From Thalassobaculaceae bacterium (GTDB lineage: Bacteria > Pseudomonadota > Alphaproteobacteria > Thalassobaculales > Thalassobaculaceae): a stretch of 64,000 bases of DNA. Positions 9,931-20,446 of the stretch are shown piece by piece. The notes under the pieces are model-generated. The model did not search any database. It was not told the DNA's origin and was given only the letters and a program-made list of their open reading frames with translations. The stretch spans positions 4,012,616-4,076,615 of the forward strand of contig OZ245843.1 in assembly GCA_965228875.1 (NCBI GenBank). The letters are read 5' to 3'. Position 1 is the stretch's first letter. Each line of letters opens with the position of its first letter. The translations under genes were made by a program, and so were the position numbers.

Positions 9931-11877
9931 ATGACTCTTTCGGTAACGCAGCGGATTGCCGCTATCAGCCTCGTTGCGGTAGGCGGTTTTCTGTTGGTCT
10001 TCGGCGTAGTGCTCTGGTCGCATTCCCGTCAGGGTGCGGAGATGGAGAACCAGCAACGAGCCACTCTGAAGCTCGCGCTGGCGAAGAGCGTCTCTGAAAG
10101 CTTCCTGAACGCGCGGCGGCGAGAGAAGGATTTCCTGCTACGTCTGGACGACGCCTACATCGCAAAGCATGGCGATGTACTGGTCGAAATCGGCGCGGAC
10201 CTGGACGCTCTGAGCGAGCTTGCCGACGGTGCCGAAATGCAGTTGCTGGACGTGCTCCGCGACCGTGTCGGGGCCTACGAGACCCAGTTCGCCGTCGTCG
10301 CATCCGCCCTCGGAACGCTCGGGCTCGATGAGAAGTCCGGCCTGCGCGGCAGTCTGCGCGGGGCGGTTCACACGGCCGAGGAACTGATCAGATTGCACGC
10401 GAGCGATGACCTAATGGTCAAGCTGCTGATGATGCGGCGGCATGAGAAGGACTTCATCATCCGCAAGGATCCGAAATACATCGGCCGGCTGGACGACAGG
10501 ATCGCCGAGTTCAAGGAGTTGCTGGACGGCAAGTCGATCGATGCGGCGACCAAGGCGGACATCACGGTCGCACTCGATGCCTACCGTAGGGACTTCGCAA
10601 CCTTTGCAGCCGCGACGCTCGACAGCCTTGAACAGGTCGCGGTGATGTCGACGACGTTCGCCGAGGCCGAACCGGTGATGGAAGAGCTGCGCGCCCGGAT
10701 CGAAACGGATTTCGCTGGGGCGACGGCCGCGTTCGACGACATCAACCGGAACGCGTTCGTGCTTTCCCTGTCCCTCATCGTGGTCATCGCCGTCATCTGT
10801 CTGACTCTGGGCATGCTGGTCGGACGATCAGTCTCGCGGCCGGTGCACAGTCTGACCGAGCGGATGCGTGCGCTCGCCGCCGGTGACAAGACGATCGATG
10901 TACCGAAGACCGAGGCGGCCGACGAGATCGGCGAGATGGCCCGGGCGGTTCTGGTGTTCAAGGAGAACATGATCCGCAATGAAGAGATGGCCGCCGAGCA
11001 GGAGGCTCAACGCGCGGAGAGGGAGCGCCGGGCGCATGCGATCGCGGAGATGACCCGGTCGTTTGATGGTCGGGTGCGCGAGATGCTTCAGGCGGTGGCG
11101 GGTGCCACCACCGAACTTGACGCGGCGGCGCGCGCGATGCTGCAGATCTCGGAAGCGACGACGGAGCAGGCCTCGCTGGTGGCCGGCGCTTCCGCCGAAG
11201 TATCGGCCAATGTTCAGACCGTCGCGACGGCGACCGAGGAGTTGGGCGCGTCGATCAGCGAGATCGGCAGCAGGGTGAACGATTCCTCCAGTATGGCGAA
11301 CGAGGCCGAAGGCCAGGCGCGCTCCAGCAGCGAGGCGGTCGTGGGGCTCGAGAACTCGGCCCAGGAGATCGGCAAGGTCGTTACCCTGATCCAGGACATC
11401 GCCGCGCAGACCAACCTGCTGGCGCTGAATGCAACGATCGAGGCGGCCCGCGCGGGCGAGGCGGGGAAGGGTTTCGCCGTGGTCGCCTCGGAAGTGAAGA
11501 GCCTAGCGACCCAGACCGGCAAGGCAACGGAGGAGATCGCAGGTCAGATCGGGCGCATTCAGGAAGAATCGACCCGATCGGCGGAGGCCATCCACCGGAT
11601 CTCGGAGACCATTTCCCGCCTTCGTGAGATTTCGTCCGGGATCGCCGCGGCGGTTGAGGAGCAGTCGTCGGCAACCCTGGAGATCGGCCGCAGCGTCCAG
11701 GAGGCCGCGATCGGTACCCAGGAGGTTTCCGAGACGATCCTAAAGGTCGACGCCGGCGCTCAGGAGACCGGCAGTTCCGCCCGCCAGGTCCAGGACACCA
11801 GCAGCGAGCTGGCCCGTCACAGCGACGCGCTTAGCCGTATGATCGCAGACTTCCTGGATGAGGTTCGCGCAGCCTAG
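9931..11877 (+). CDS. Methyl-accepting chemotaxis protein
   Basis: TM1, periplasmic sensor, TM2, HAMP (DEIGEMA), signalling domain [31 protein letters not shown]. Confidence 0.95.
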   Translation: MTLSVTQRIAAISLVAVGGFLLVFGVVLWSHSRQGAEMENQQRATLKLALAKSVSESFLNARRREKDFLLRLDDAYIAKHGDVLVEIGADLDALSELADGAEMQLLDVLRDRVGAYETQFAVVASALGTLGLDEKSGLRGSLRGAVHTAEELIRLHASDDLMVKLLMMRRHEKDFIIRKDPKYIGRLDDRIAEFKELLDGKSIDAATKADITVALDAYRRDFATFAAATLDSLEQVAVMSTTFAEAEPVMEELRARIETDFAGATAAFDDINRNAFVLSLSLIVVIAVICLTLGMLVGRSVSRPVHSLTERMRALAAGDKTIDVPKTEAADEIGEMARAVLVFKENMIRNEEMAAEQEAQRAERERRAHAIAEMTRSFDGRVREMLQAVAGATTELDAAARAMLQISEATTEQASLVAGASAEVSANVQTVATATEELGASISEIGSRVNDSSSMANEAEGQARSSSEAVVGLENSAQEIGKVVTLIQDIAAQTNLLALNATIEAARAGEAGKGFAVVASEVKSLATQTGKATEEIAGQIGRIQEESTRSAEAIHRISETISRLREISSGIAAAVEEQSSATLEIGRSVQEAAIGTQEVSETILKVDAGAQETGSSARQVQDTSSELARHSDALSRMIADFLDEVRAA

Positions 11878-11924
11878 AGCGCGATCGCACCAGATCGAAT
11901 TGATCTGACCGTGATTTTCTCTAG
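11874..11924. repeat. CTAG-bounded palindromic intergenic element, single arm (copy 1)
   Basis: CTAGAG...CAGATC-GAATT-GATCTG...CTCTAG; contains the TAG stops of both convergent genes. Confidence 0.7.
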
Positions 11925-12628
11925 TCGGCATCCACGGTCACGCCGAAATGCTCGCGCAGGGCCATATGGCCCTTTGGGGTGATGCGCAGGGCCCGGCTGC
12001 CGGCGACGCGGGTTACCCAGTGCCGGTCCAGGAAATGGCTGCACACGGCCGCTCCCAGTCGGCCGGCCACGTGTGGCCGCCGCTCGCTCCAGTCAAGGCA
12101 GGGGCGACACAGGGGGCGGGAGGTCCGCCGGGCCGGTGCGTCGACGACGATCCCGATCGTCGCCAGCCACTCGATCCCGTCCGGCAGGACGATGCCGGCC
12201 CCGTCGTCGAAGGCGACGACACCGCGTGCGACGAGGGCGTCGCTCACCGCCACGCCGAGTCCGCCGGCCAGATGGTCGTAGCAGGTCCGCGCCCGTCGCA
12301 TCTGTGCGTCGCGCGGGCCGGTCACCGGCTTGCGCACCGGCGCGGGCAGGGTGACGGCGGCGATCCGCGCGACGCTCTCGATCAGGTCGGCCACCTCGGC
12401 GGAGGCCAGCCGGTGGTAGCGGTGGCGGCCCTGGCGCTCGACCGCCAGCAGGTTGGCCTCGGCCAGGCGGGCGAGATGGCCGCTTGCCGTCTGCGGCGTG
12501 ATCCCGGCCACCCCGGCCAGTTCCCCGGCGGTCAGGGCGCGGCCGTCCATCAGGGCGTCGAGCATGGCCGCACGGGCCGGCTCGCCGATCAGCAGGCCGA
12601 TCTCGGCCATGCGGTTGGTGTTCACCAT
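11921..12628 (-). CDS. ArsR/SmtB family transcriptional regulator with Cys-containing C-terminal domain
   Basis: wHTH (TASGHLARL, QGRHRYHRL); RTCYDHLAG and CRPCLDWSERRPH motifs. Confidence 0.88.
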   Translation of the reverse strand: MVNTNRMAEIGLLIGEPARAAMLDALMDGRALTAGELAGVAGITPQTASGHLARLAEANLLAVERQGRHRYHRLASAEVADLIESVARIAAVTLPAPVRKPVTGPRDAQMRRARTCYDHLAGGLGVAVSDALVARGVVAFDDGAGIVLPDGIEWLATIGIVVDAPARRTSRPLCRPCLDWSERRPHVAGRLGAAVCSHFLDRHWVTRVAGSRALRITPKGHMALREHFGVTVDAD

Positions 12629-12680
12629 GCGGGCCTCCACTGCCGGGACGGAGCGGTCAGGCTACGCCGGCCGGATCGGG

Positions 12681-12706
12681 GATGCTACGGCGCGGGCCGA
12701 AGCATC
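12681..12706. promoter_or_regulatory. Inverted repeat, candidate ArsR operator
   Basis: GATGCTACGG-N6-CCGAAGCATC (9 of 10 paired) between the divergent ArsR and NIPSNAP genes. Confidence 0.55.
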
Positions 12707-12757
12707 GGTGCGCCGCCGCGGGGCATCACCGGGACCCCCGCAACCGAGGAGAGCGCC

Positions 12758-13087
12758 ATGATCACCTGCGTCATCGAGTACGAGATCGACCCCTACAAGC
12801 GCGCCGAGTTCGAGACCTATTCCCGCCGCTGGGGCCAGGCGATACCGCGCTGCGGCGCCGACCTGATCGGCTATTTCGCCCCGCACGAGGGCTCGGCGAC
12901 CCGGGCCTACGGGATCTATTCGCTGGAGAGCCTGGCCGCCTACGAGGCCTACCGCGCCCGACTCGCCGCCGATCCGCTGGGGCGGGAGAACTACGACTAC
13001 GCCAGGACGGAGCGGTTCATCCTGAAGGAGAACCGGACGTTTCTCACCCTGGCTTCGGGGCCGCACGCGCCGGCCGCTTCCCGCTGA
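12758..13087 (+). CDS. NIPSNAP family protein
   Basis: MITCVIEYEIDP, GYFAPHEG and SLAAYEAYRARL motifs; GAGGAG RBS. Confidence 0.85.
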   Translation: MITCVIEYEIDPYKRAEFETYSRRWGQAIPRCGADLIGYFAPHEGSATRAYGIYSLESLAAYEAYRARLAADPLGRENYDYARTERFILKENRTFLTLASGPHAPAASR

Positions 13088-13091
13088 CAGT

Positions 13092-13127
13092 TCCCTACCG
13101 GCGTCCCCTGCCGGCGTCCCCTGCCGG
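13092..13127. repeat. 13-bp tandem repeat (TCCCCTGCCGGCG, about 2.7 copies)
   Basis: Read directly just after the NIPSNAP stop. Confidence 0.65.
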
Positions 13128-13270
13128 GCCGCGAGGCGTAGGCGCGCGCCGCCCCACAGCTCTCCGGCCGCCCGGGGGTCGTTCGGGGAAGACACTCTTC
13201 GCAGTTGCGAGATTGTCGTCGCGCCGCCGCGGGTCTATAGCGGTGTGGTGCAGACCCAGTGGATCCCTTC

Positions 13271-14515
13271 ATGAACTCGAGCGCGCCTTCGGCGTCTTTC
13301 GTGGCCACGCGACCGAGTTCGATCGCGCTCCTCACCTTCATGGTCGCCCTCGGCCAGATGTCGCTCGGCCTCTACCTGCCGTCGATGCCGGCGCTGGCCC
13401 AGTCGCTGAGTGCCGAGCGGGCCGAGGTGCAGCTCACCCTGACCGTGTTCCTCGGCGGATTTGCCGTCAGCCAGCTGTTCTGGGGACCGGTGGCCGACCG
13501 TTTCGGCCGGCGGATCACCCTGCTGCTCGGCCTCGTCGTCTTCGCGTCGGCCGGTGTCGCCTGCTCGATGGCCGAGACCATCGGACAGCTCATCCTGTTC
13601 CGCTTCTTCCAGGCGCTGGGCGCCTGCGCCGGACAGGTCGTCGCCCGCGCCATGGTGCGGGACACGACCGAAGGGGCGGCGACGGCGGTGGTGATGAGCT
13701 ATATCGCCATGTCGATGTCGCTGGCGCCGGCGATCACGCCCGCCCTCGGCGGGTTCCTGCAGACCCAGTTCGGCTGGCGCGCGAACTTCGTCGCCCTTGG
13801 GCTGATCGGCCTGACGCTGCTGGCACTCACGCTCACCCGCGTGCCGGAGACCCTGCGTGACCGGGTCGCCGATGCGCTGTCGCCGGGCCAGGTGGTGCGC
13901 AACTACGCCACCCTGCTCGGGGACCGAAGCTACGTCTGCTACATCCTCATCGTGGGTGGAATTTTCGGCGCGTACATGTCCTACAACACGGCCAGTCCCT
14001 TCGTGCTGATGGAGGGGCTGGGCTGGTCGCCGCAGGCCTACGGATTTCTGATTCTCTTCAACGTCATCGCCTTCCTGTCGGGCAGCCTCGTCGCCGGACG
14101 GCTGGCGCCGGTCTACGGTTTCCGGCGCATGGCGCGGGTCGGGGCGGGCATGGGCCTGGCGGCGGGGCTGGCGATGATCGTGCCGCCGCTCGTCGGCCAC
14201 CTCTCCACTCCCGCCGTGCTCGGGCCGATGATGCTGCTCCTGGTCGGCATGGCCTTCGCGATGCCGAACGCGATGGCCGGCGCCATGCAGCATTTTCCGC
14301 AGATCGCCGGGTCCGCCGCCGCCTTCCTCGGCTTCAGCCAGATGGGGCTGGCGATGGTCGCGTCCTTTGCCATCGGCGCCGTCGGCGGTGACATGCACCT
14401 GACCATGGCGGCGGCCACGCTGAGCTGCAGCCTGGTCAGCGCCGTGGCCGGCCTGGCGATCCCGCCCGGCTCTCCTGGTCGGGGCGCGAATCACGTAAAC
14501 TCCCCCTCGTCATGA
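13271..14515 (+). CDS. Bcr/CflA family MFS drug-efflux transporter
   Basis: LYLPSMP and GPVADRFGRR motifs; about 12 TM helices. Confidence 0.88.
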   Translation: MNSSAPSASFVATRPSSIALLTFMVALGQMSLGLYLPSMPALAQSLSAERAEVQLTLTVFLGGFAVSQLFWGPVADRFGRRITLLLGLVVFASAGVACSMAETIGQLILFRFFQALGACAGQVVARAMVRDTTEGAATAVVMSYIAMSMSLAPAITPALGGFLQTQFGWRANFVALGLIGLTLLALTLTRVPETLRDRVADALSPGQVVRNYATLLGDRSYVCYILIVGGIFGAYMSYNTASPFVLMEGLGWSPQAYGFLILFNVIAFLSGSLVAGRLAPVYGFRRMARVGAGMGLAAGLAMIVPPLVGHLSTPAVLGPMMLLLVGMAFAMPNAMAGAMQHFPQIAGSAAAFLGFSQMGLAMVASFAIGAVGGDMHLTMAAATLSCSLVSAVAGLAIPPGSPGRGANHVNSPSS

Positions 14516-15246
14516 CCCAGTCCGCCCCGCTCGAGCAGGATGTGCTTCTGCTCACCGATACCGACGGGACAGAGATCCCGGTCCCGGTGCGCCGCAGCGC
14601 GCGCGCCCGGCGCCTGCTGCTGCGGATCGACCCGGTACGCGGCGGCCCCGAGCTTGTGCTGCCGGCGGGCGTCAAGATCGACGCGGCCGAGGGCTTCGCG
14701 CGCAGGAACCTGGGCTGGCTGCGGGCCCGCCTGGCCCATCTGCCGGCCCGCACCGCCTTCGTCCACGATGCCGTCGTCCCGGTTCTCGGCCGCGACCACA
14801 GAATCCGCCATCGGCCCGATCAGCGTGGCGGCGTCTGGCGGGTCGAGGACCCGGACGGCTCCGTCGAACTGCATGTCTCCGGGGCCGCCGAGCATCTGTC
14901 GCGCCGGGTCACGGACTTCCTCAGGGGCGAGGCGCGCAGAGTCATCGCGCCGCGGGCCCGGGAACATGCGCAGGCGCTCGACCGCCGGGTCGGTCGCATC
15001 ACCGTCCGCGACACCGCGACCCGATGGGGCAGCTGTTCGTCGCGGGGGGATCTGTCCTTCTCGTGGCGGCTGGTTCTGGCCCCGGAGGAGGTGCTCGACT
15101 ACGTGGTCGCCCACGAGGCGGCGCACCTGATCGAAATGAACCATTCCGAGCGGTTCTGGCGGCTGGTCGAGCGGCTGATACCGCAGTACCGGCGCCCCCG
15201 GACCTGGCTGAAGCGTCATGGCGCGCGACTCCACGCCTATGGCTGA
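14512..15246 (+). CDS. YgjP-like/DUF45 (M48-related) metal-dependent hydrolase
   Basis: RWGSCS, LSFSWRL and YVVAHEAAHLIEMNHS motifs. Confidence 0.88.
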   Translation: MTQSAPLEQDVLLLTDTDGTEIPVPVRRSARARRLLLRIDPVRGGPELVLPAGVKIDAAEGFARRNLGWLRARLAHLPARTAFVHDAVVPVLGRDHRIRHRPDQRGGVWRVEDPDGSVELHVSGAAEHLSRRVTDFLRGEARRVIAPRAREHAQALDRRVGRITVRDTATRWGSCSSRGDLSFSWRLVLAPEEVLDYVVAHEAAHLIEMNHSERFWRLVERLIPQYRRPRTWLKRHGARLHAYG

Positions 15247-15320
15247 CGACGCCGGCCGGCTTGTCCGCGTCGGCGGACCGGCGTAAGTCGGTGGGCCGCT
15301 CACCCGCGCAAGGTTCCCTC

Positions 15321-16520
15321 ATGCCCCGTCCCAGGCCCGACAGTTTCGCGGTCGCCGCGCTTCTCACGGCGCTGGTCGCGTTCGGACCGATCTCGACCGA
15401 CATGTACCTGCCGTCGCTGCCGGCCCTGGTCGACGAGTTCCGGACGGACGTCCCGACGGTGCAGCTCACGCTCAGCGCCTTCATGGTGGCCTTCGCGCTC
15501 GCCATGCTGGTCTACGGGCCGCTGTCGGACCGGTTCGGCCGCCGGCCGGTCCTGCTCGGCGCCGTCGTCCTCTACGTGATCGCGTCGGTCGCCTGCGTCT
15601 TCGCGCCGACCATCGAGGCGCTCGTCGTCGCCCGCGTGTTCCAGGCGATGGGCTGCTGTGCCGGACCGGTGCTCGGCCGCGCCGTGGTGCGCGACGTCTA
15701 CGGCCGCGACCGGGCGGCGACGGTGCTGTCCTACATGGGCACGGCGATGGCGCTGGCGCCGGCCATCGGGCCGATCGCCGGCGGCTGGCTGCAGGTCGCC
15801 TTCGGCTGGCAGTCGGTCTTCGTGGTGCTCAGCCTGTTCTCGCTGATCGCCCTGATCGGCACCTATTTCATGCTGGACGAGACCAATCCGCACAAGAATC
15901 CCTACGCCACGTCGCCCGGCGGGATCGTCGCGAACTACGCCACCCTGCTGTCGCACCGGGTCTTCGTCGGCTACATGCTGACGATCTCCGCCTGCTACTG
16001 CGTGATCTTCAGCTTCATCTCGGGGTCTTCGTTCGTGCTGATCGAGGTGGTTGGTCTGCCCCCGGATCTCTACGGCTACTGTTTCGCCACCATCGTAGTC
16101 GGCTACATGACCGGAACCTTCATCTCCGGCCGCTTCGGGCGGCGGGTCGGCGGTCCGCGGATGGTGCTGATCGGCGCCACCCTCGGAACGATCGGCGGCG
16201 CCGCCATGGCGGCCTTCGCCTGGACCGGCCACGTTTCGGTGGCAACCATCGTGTTGCCGCAGATGCTGGCGATGGTGGGGGTCGGCTTCGTGTTCCCGAA
16301 CAGCCAGGCCGGCGCCATCGGCCCGTTCCCGCAGATGGCGGGCGCGGCCTCGGCGCTGGTCGGCTTCTTTCAGATGGGCGTCGCCTCGGTCGTCGGCCTG
16401 GCGATCGGTCATGCCTTCGACGGCACCGCCCGACCTCTGGCGACCGGCGTCGCCGTATCCGGCGCACTGATGCTGGCATTCTTCGTGGTGCTGGTCTGGC
16501 CGGTGCGGCACCGGGAGTAG
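15321..16520 (+). CDS. Bcr/CflA family MFS drug-efflux transporter
   Basis: DMYLPSLP and GPLSDRFGRRPVL motifs; about 12 TM helices. Confidence 0.9.
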   Translation: MPRPRPDSFAVAALLTALVAFGPISTDMYLPSLPALVDEFRTDVPTVQLTLSAFMVAFALAMLVYGPLSDRFGRRPVLLGAVVLYVIASVACVFAPTIEALVVARVFQAMGCCAGPVLGRAVVRDVYGRDRAATVLSYMGTAMALAPAIGPIAGGWLQVAFGWQSVFVVLSLFSLIALIGTYFMLDETNPHKNPYATSPGGIVANYATLLSHRVFVGYMLTISACYCVIFSFISGSSFVLIEVVGLPPDLYGYCFATIVVGYMTGTFISGRFGRRVGGPRMVLIGATLGTIGGAAMAAFAWTGHVSVATIVLPQMLAMVGVGFVFPNSQAGAIGPFPQMAGAASALVGFFQMGVASVVGLAIGHAFDGTARPLATGVAVSGALMLAFFVVLVWPVRHRE

Positions 16521-16527
16521 ACGGGCG

Positions 16528-17037
16528 ATGGCGTCGACGCTCTGGGTCCGGCCGCCTCGGATCGGCGAGGCCGTGCGCATCTCCCGGGTGATCCGCCGCT
16601 CCATCGTCGAGCTGTGCGATGCCGATCATGGCGGCGACACCCACCGGATCGCCGACTGGCTCGCCAACAAGTCGCCGCAGCAGGTCTCGCGATGGATCCT
16701 CGACCGTCAGCAGATCTGGTGCATTGCCGGCCGGTCGGAGATCGAGGGGGCCGGCGCGATCGGACGGGACGGTCGGCTGCGCCTGCTCTACGTCGATCCG
16801 GCGGCACGGTTCTCGGGGGTCAGCCGGGCGCTGCTCGATCAGCTCGAGATGGAGGCGTTTCAGGCCGGTGCCACCCGCATCACCCTGGAGACGACGGCGA
16901 CAGCGCGGCGCTTCTACCTGGCGGCGGGCTACGTCCCGGTCCAGGCCGAGAGCGCCGAACTGGTGAAGTCCCTCGGCCGGATGACCGACCTGACGCACAA
17001 GACCAGACAGCGTCCGGGTGGACGCTCCGGCGGCTGA
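16528..17037 (+). CDS. GNAT family acetyltransferase
   Basis: LYVDPAARFSGVSRALL motif A and ARRFYLAAGY motif B. Confidence 0.85.
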   Translation: MASTLWVRPPRIGEAVRISRVIRRSIVELCDADHGGDTHRIADWLANKSPQQVSRWILDRQQIWCIAGRSEIEGAGAIGRDGRLRLLYVDPAARFSGVSRALLDQLEMEAFQAGATRITLETTATARRFYLAAGYVPVQAESAELVKSLGRMTDLTHKTRQRPGGRSGG

Positions 17038-17193
17038 AAGCGGCGGCTGACGTCGCTGCTGTCGGTGGCCGGCCGGTTCAGGTACGGCAGACAAGGCGCG
17101 ATCGGACCGAAGCGTCCGGTCGCGCCACGTTTTCGGATCGTCGATCAGCGAGCCGATCGACCTTCAAGCCGCTTCAGCAAACCGCTGAAGACG

Positions 17194-17243
17194 GAGCGGA
17201 TTCACACGACCAGATGGTTCCATCTGATCGACATCTGCCCTAG
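17194..17243. repeat. CTAG-bounded palindromic element (copy 2), overlapping the infC stop
   Basis: GAGCGGATTCACACGACCAGATGGTTCCATCTGATCGACATCTGCCCTAG closely matches 30673-30722; further hairpins at 17140-17161 and 17172-17190. Confidence 0.75.
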
Positions 17244-17779
17244 CGCGGCGCCACCACCATGATCATCTGGCGGCCTTCGAGCTTGGGATGCGCCTCGACC
17301 TTCGCGATCTCGACCAGTTCCTCCTGAATGCGCTTCAGCACCTTCAGGCCGATCTCCTGGTGCGCCATCTCGCGGCCACGGAACCGCATCGTGAGCTTCA
17401 CCTTGTCCCCGTCGCCGAGGAACCGGTTCACGTTGCGCATCTTGGTCTGATAGTCGTGCTCGTCGATGTTCGGGCGCATCTTGATCTCTTTGACCTCGAT
17501 GACCTTCTGCTTCTTCTTGGCTTCGTTCTTTTTCTTCTGCGCCTCGTACTTGAACTTGCCGTAGTCCAGGATCTTGCAGACCGGCGGATCGGCGTTTGGC
17601 GACACCTCGACCAGGTCGAGGCCATAGTCTTCGGCGCGCGACAACGCGTCGTCGACGTTCATCACGCCGAGCATGTCGCCGTCGGGGCCGACACAGCGCA
17701 CCTTCGGCACGCGGATATCACGGTTGACCCGAGGGCCGTCCTTTTGCGGCGGGGTCGTATTGAAAGGTGGTCTGGCGAT
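17240..17779 (-). CDS. infC: Translation initiation factor IF-3 with non-AUG (ATC) start
   Basis: [25 protein letters not shown] and [15 protein letters not shown] motifs; GGAGG-6nt-ATC in frame 23 codons upstream of the tracked GTG. Confidence 0.95.
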   Translation of the reverse strand: MARPPFNTTPPQKDGPRVNRDIRVPKVRCVGPDGDMLGVMNVDDALSRAEDYGLDLVEVSPNADPPVCKILDYGKFKYEAQKKKNEAKKKQKVIEVKEIKMRPNIDEHDYQTKMRNVNRFLGDGDKVKLTMRFRGREMAHQEIGLKVLKRIQEELVEIAKVEAHPKLEGRQMIMVVAPR

Positions 17780-17796
17780 AGGTTACCTCCTGTTTT

Positions 17797-19734
17797 TCAT
17801 TCGGCGGGGCGGCCCGGAGCGAGATCCGGAGCCGTCGCCTCATCCTTCAGTCTATGAACGGCGTCGTCGAGGGCAAGGATTTCCTGCGTCTTGCCGCCGA
17901 GTCGGCGAACCGCGACCTGCTTGCCCTCGGCTTCCCGGGCGCCCACGACCAGCAACGCCGGCACTTTCGCCTCGGAATGTTCGCGGACCTTGTAGTTGAT
18001 CTTCTCGTTGCGCAGATCCATCGCCACGCGCAGTCCGGCCGACTTGCAGGCGGCGGCGACCTCGCGGGCATAGTCGTCCGCTGCGTCGGTGATCGTCGCG
18101 ACCACGACCTGGACCGGCGCCAGCCACATGGGGAAGCGTCCGGCGTACTGCTCGATCAGGATTCCGATCCAGCGTTCCATCGATCCCAGGATTGCCCGGT
18201 GCAGCATGACCGGGCGCTTGCGCTCGCCGCTCTCGGCCACATAGGTCGCGTCCAGCCGCTCCGGCAGCACGAAATCGACCTGCAGCGTGCCGCACTGCCA
18301 GTCGCGGCCGATGGCGTCGCGCAGCACGAATTCCAGCTTCGGGCCGTAGAACGCGCCTTCTCCCGGATTTAGTGTCGTCTCCAGCCCGGCGGCGTCGCAG
18401 GCGTCGCGCAGCGCGCCCTCGGCCCGGTCCCACACGGCATCCTCGCCGGCGCGCGTTTCCGGACGGTCGGAGAACTTGATGCGGATGTCCTGGAAACCGA
18501 AATCGGCGTAGATCGACTTCAGCAGGTCACAGAACTTGATGCTCTCGGCGGTGATCTGGTCTTCGGTGCAGAAGATGTGCGCGTCGTCCTGGGTGAAGGC
18601 CCGCACCCGCATGATGCCGTGCAGCGCGCCCGAGGGCTCGTTGCGGTGGCAGGCGCCGAACTCGGCCAGGCGCAGCGGCAGGTCGCGGTAGGACTTGACC
18701 CCCTGCTTGTAGATCTGGACGTGGCCCGGGCAGTTCATCGGCTTCAGCGCCAGGATCCTGTCATCCTCGGCATTGGCCGTGAACATGTGCTCGCGGAACT
18801 TCTCCCAGTGACCGGAGGCCTCCCACAGCGACCGGTCGATCAGCTGGGGCGTCCGGATCTCCTGGTATCCGCCCGCTTCCACCCGGCGGCGGACATAGTT
18901 CTCGATCTCACGATACAGCGTCCAGCCATTGGGATGCCAGAACACCGAGCCGACGGCCTCTTCCTGGATGTGGAACAGGTCGAGCGCGCGCCCGAGGCGT
19001 CGGTGATCGCGCTTCTCGGCCTCCTCCAGCATGTGGAGATGGGCCTTCAGCGCCTTCTCGTCGGCGAAGGCCGTGCCGTAGATCCGCTGCAGAACCTCGC
19101 GGTCGCTGTCGCCGCGCCAATAGGCGCCCGCCACCCGCATCAGCTTGAAGGCGTGGCCGACCCCCTTGGTCGACGGGCCGTGCGGTCCGCGGCACAGGTC
19201 GAGGAACTCGCCCTGGCGGTAGAAACTGATCGTCTCGCCCTCGGGGATCGCCTCGGCCAGCTCGACCTTGAACGGCTCGTGCGTCTTCTTGTAGTGCAGC
19301 ACCGCCTCGTCGCGGCTCCACTCCTCGCGCACGATCTTCTCGTCCCGGTCGACGATCTCGTGCATGCGCTGTTCGATCTTCTCCAGATCGTCCGGCGTGA
19401 ACGGCTGTGCCCGGAAGAAGTCGTAGTAGAACCCATTCTCGATCGACGGGCCGATGGTGACCTGGGTCTCCGGGTAGAGCTCCAGCACCGCCTCGGCCAG
19501 GACATGGGCGCAGTCGTGGCGGATGTGCTCCAGCGCCTTGTCGTCCTTTCGCGTGATCAACGCCAGATTGGCGTCGGTCTCGATCACGTGGTCGAGATCG
19601 ACCGGCTTGCCGTCGACCTCGGCGATAAAGGCGGCCTTGGCCAGGCCGGGGCCGATATCGGCGGCGACGGCGGCCGGCGTGACCGGCGCGTCGTAGGAGC
19701 GGACGGAACCGTCGGGAAGCGTGATGGCGGGCAT
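17797..19734 (-). CDS. thrS: Threonine--tRNA ligase
   Basis: TGS domain; [36 protein letters not shown] and GAFYGPK motifs. Confidence 0.98.
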   Translation of the reverse strand: MPAITLPDGSVRSYDAPVTPAAVAADIGPGLAKAAFIAEVDGKPVDLDHVIETDANLALITRKDDKALEHIRHDCAHVLAEAVLELYPETQVTIGPSIENGFYYDFFRAQPFTPDDLEKIEQRMHEIVDRDEKIVREEWSRDEAVLHYKKTHEPFKVELAEAIPEGETISFYRQGEFLDLCRGPHGPSTKGVGHAFKLMRVAGAYWRGDSDREVLQRIYGTAFADEKALKAHLHMLEEAEKRDHRRLGRALDLFHIQEEAVGSVFWHPNGWTLYREIENYVRRRVEAGGYQEIRTPQLIDRSLWEASGHWEKFREHMFTANAEDDRILALKPMNCPGHVQIYKQGVKSYRDLPLRLAEFGACHRNEPSGALHGIMRVRAFTQDDAHIFCTEDQITAESIKFCDLLKSIYADFGFQDIRIKFSDRPETRAGEDAVWDRAEGALRDACDAAGLETTLNPGEGAFYGPKLEFVLRDAIGRDWQCGTLQVDFVLPERLDATYVAESGERKRPVMLHRAILGSMERWIGILIEQYAGRFPMWLAPVQVVVATITDAADDYAREVAAACKSAGLRVAMDLRNEKINYKVREHSEAKVPALLVVGAREAEGKQVAVRRLGGKTQEILALDDAVHRLKDEATAPDLAPGRPAE

Positions 19735-19943
19735 GAACGTATCTCTTTGTCGAAACCGGGGCAGTCGGGCCGCGAAGGCCGAGCGTGGGGCGGACCGGCC
19801 GGGAATGGCCGCCGCTCTGGCTTTATGCCGCCTCAGACGCGCGCACGAAGGCGCCGGCCGTCCGAGACGGCCAGATAGTCAGCGTCCGACAGATGATGCG
19901 CAGGAGGCGCATGGGGGCATCCGGTTTCGTTAAGGTCGAGCGG

Positions 19944-19972
19944 GTTGTACGCGCCGACGCGCGGTGAGGCAA
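19944..19972 (-). promoter_or_regulatory. Putative sigma70 promoter of thrS-infC
   Basis: TTGCCT-N17-TACAAC on the minus strand. Confidence 0.5.
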
Positions 19973-19999
19973 GGGGCATGAGTCGCCCGGCGCCCGCGC

Positions 20000-20401
20000 T
20001 CAATCGGTGCGAAAGACATTCGACTCCAGGCGGAAGTAGATCTCGGTCGGGTGCAGGTTGTCGGTCACGTATTGAAATGTCAGCGGCCCGGCTTGCGCCC
20101 TGAGGTCGTAGTTGTCTCCCGTATTGCAGGTCGCGCGGAACGACGCATGCGGGGCGATGGGGATGAACGACCGGAAGTCCGGTTCGCCCCGTTTCGACAC
20201 CAGGCCGCGATAGCCGACCACCTCCCCCTTCCGATCCGTGATCCTGAAGAGTGGCCATTCCTCAACACCCCCGGAGCAGATGTTCAGGGGATCGATCAGA
20301 ACCGGTTCGGCGCTTCGGTTCTGGAAGAGCAAGGACACGGTCGCGCTGTTGCCCGAGAGACTGACATCCTCGATGACGACCCCGATGGGCATGTCTGTCA
20401 T
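20000..20401 (-). CDS. Small protein resembling a free-standing M35 peptidase propeptide; candidate immunity protein
   Basis: Pattern VSLLFQNRS-EPV...LFRIT..GEVVGYRG..KR...FIPIAP..S...YDL recalls aspzincin/deuterolysin prodomains; 45 bp downstream of PAAR-M35. Confidence 0.65.
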   Translation of the reverse strand: MTDMPIGVVIEDVSLSGNSATVSLLFQNRSAEPVLIDPLNICSGGVEEWPLFRITDRKGEVVGYRGLVSKRGEPDFRSFIPIAPHASFRATCNTGDNYDLRAQAGPLTFQYVTDNLHPTEIYFRLESNVFRTD

Positions 20402-20446
20402 GGTCGCACCCTTGTCCGTGACCGCCGCTGGGGCTGGTACATCCGG

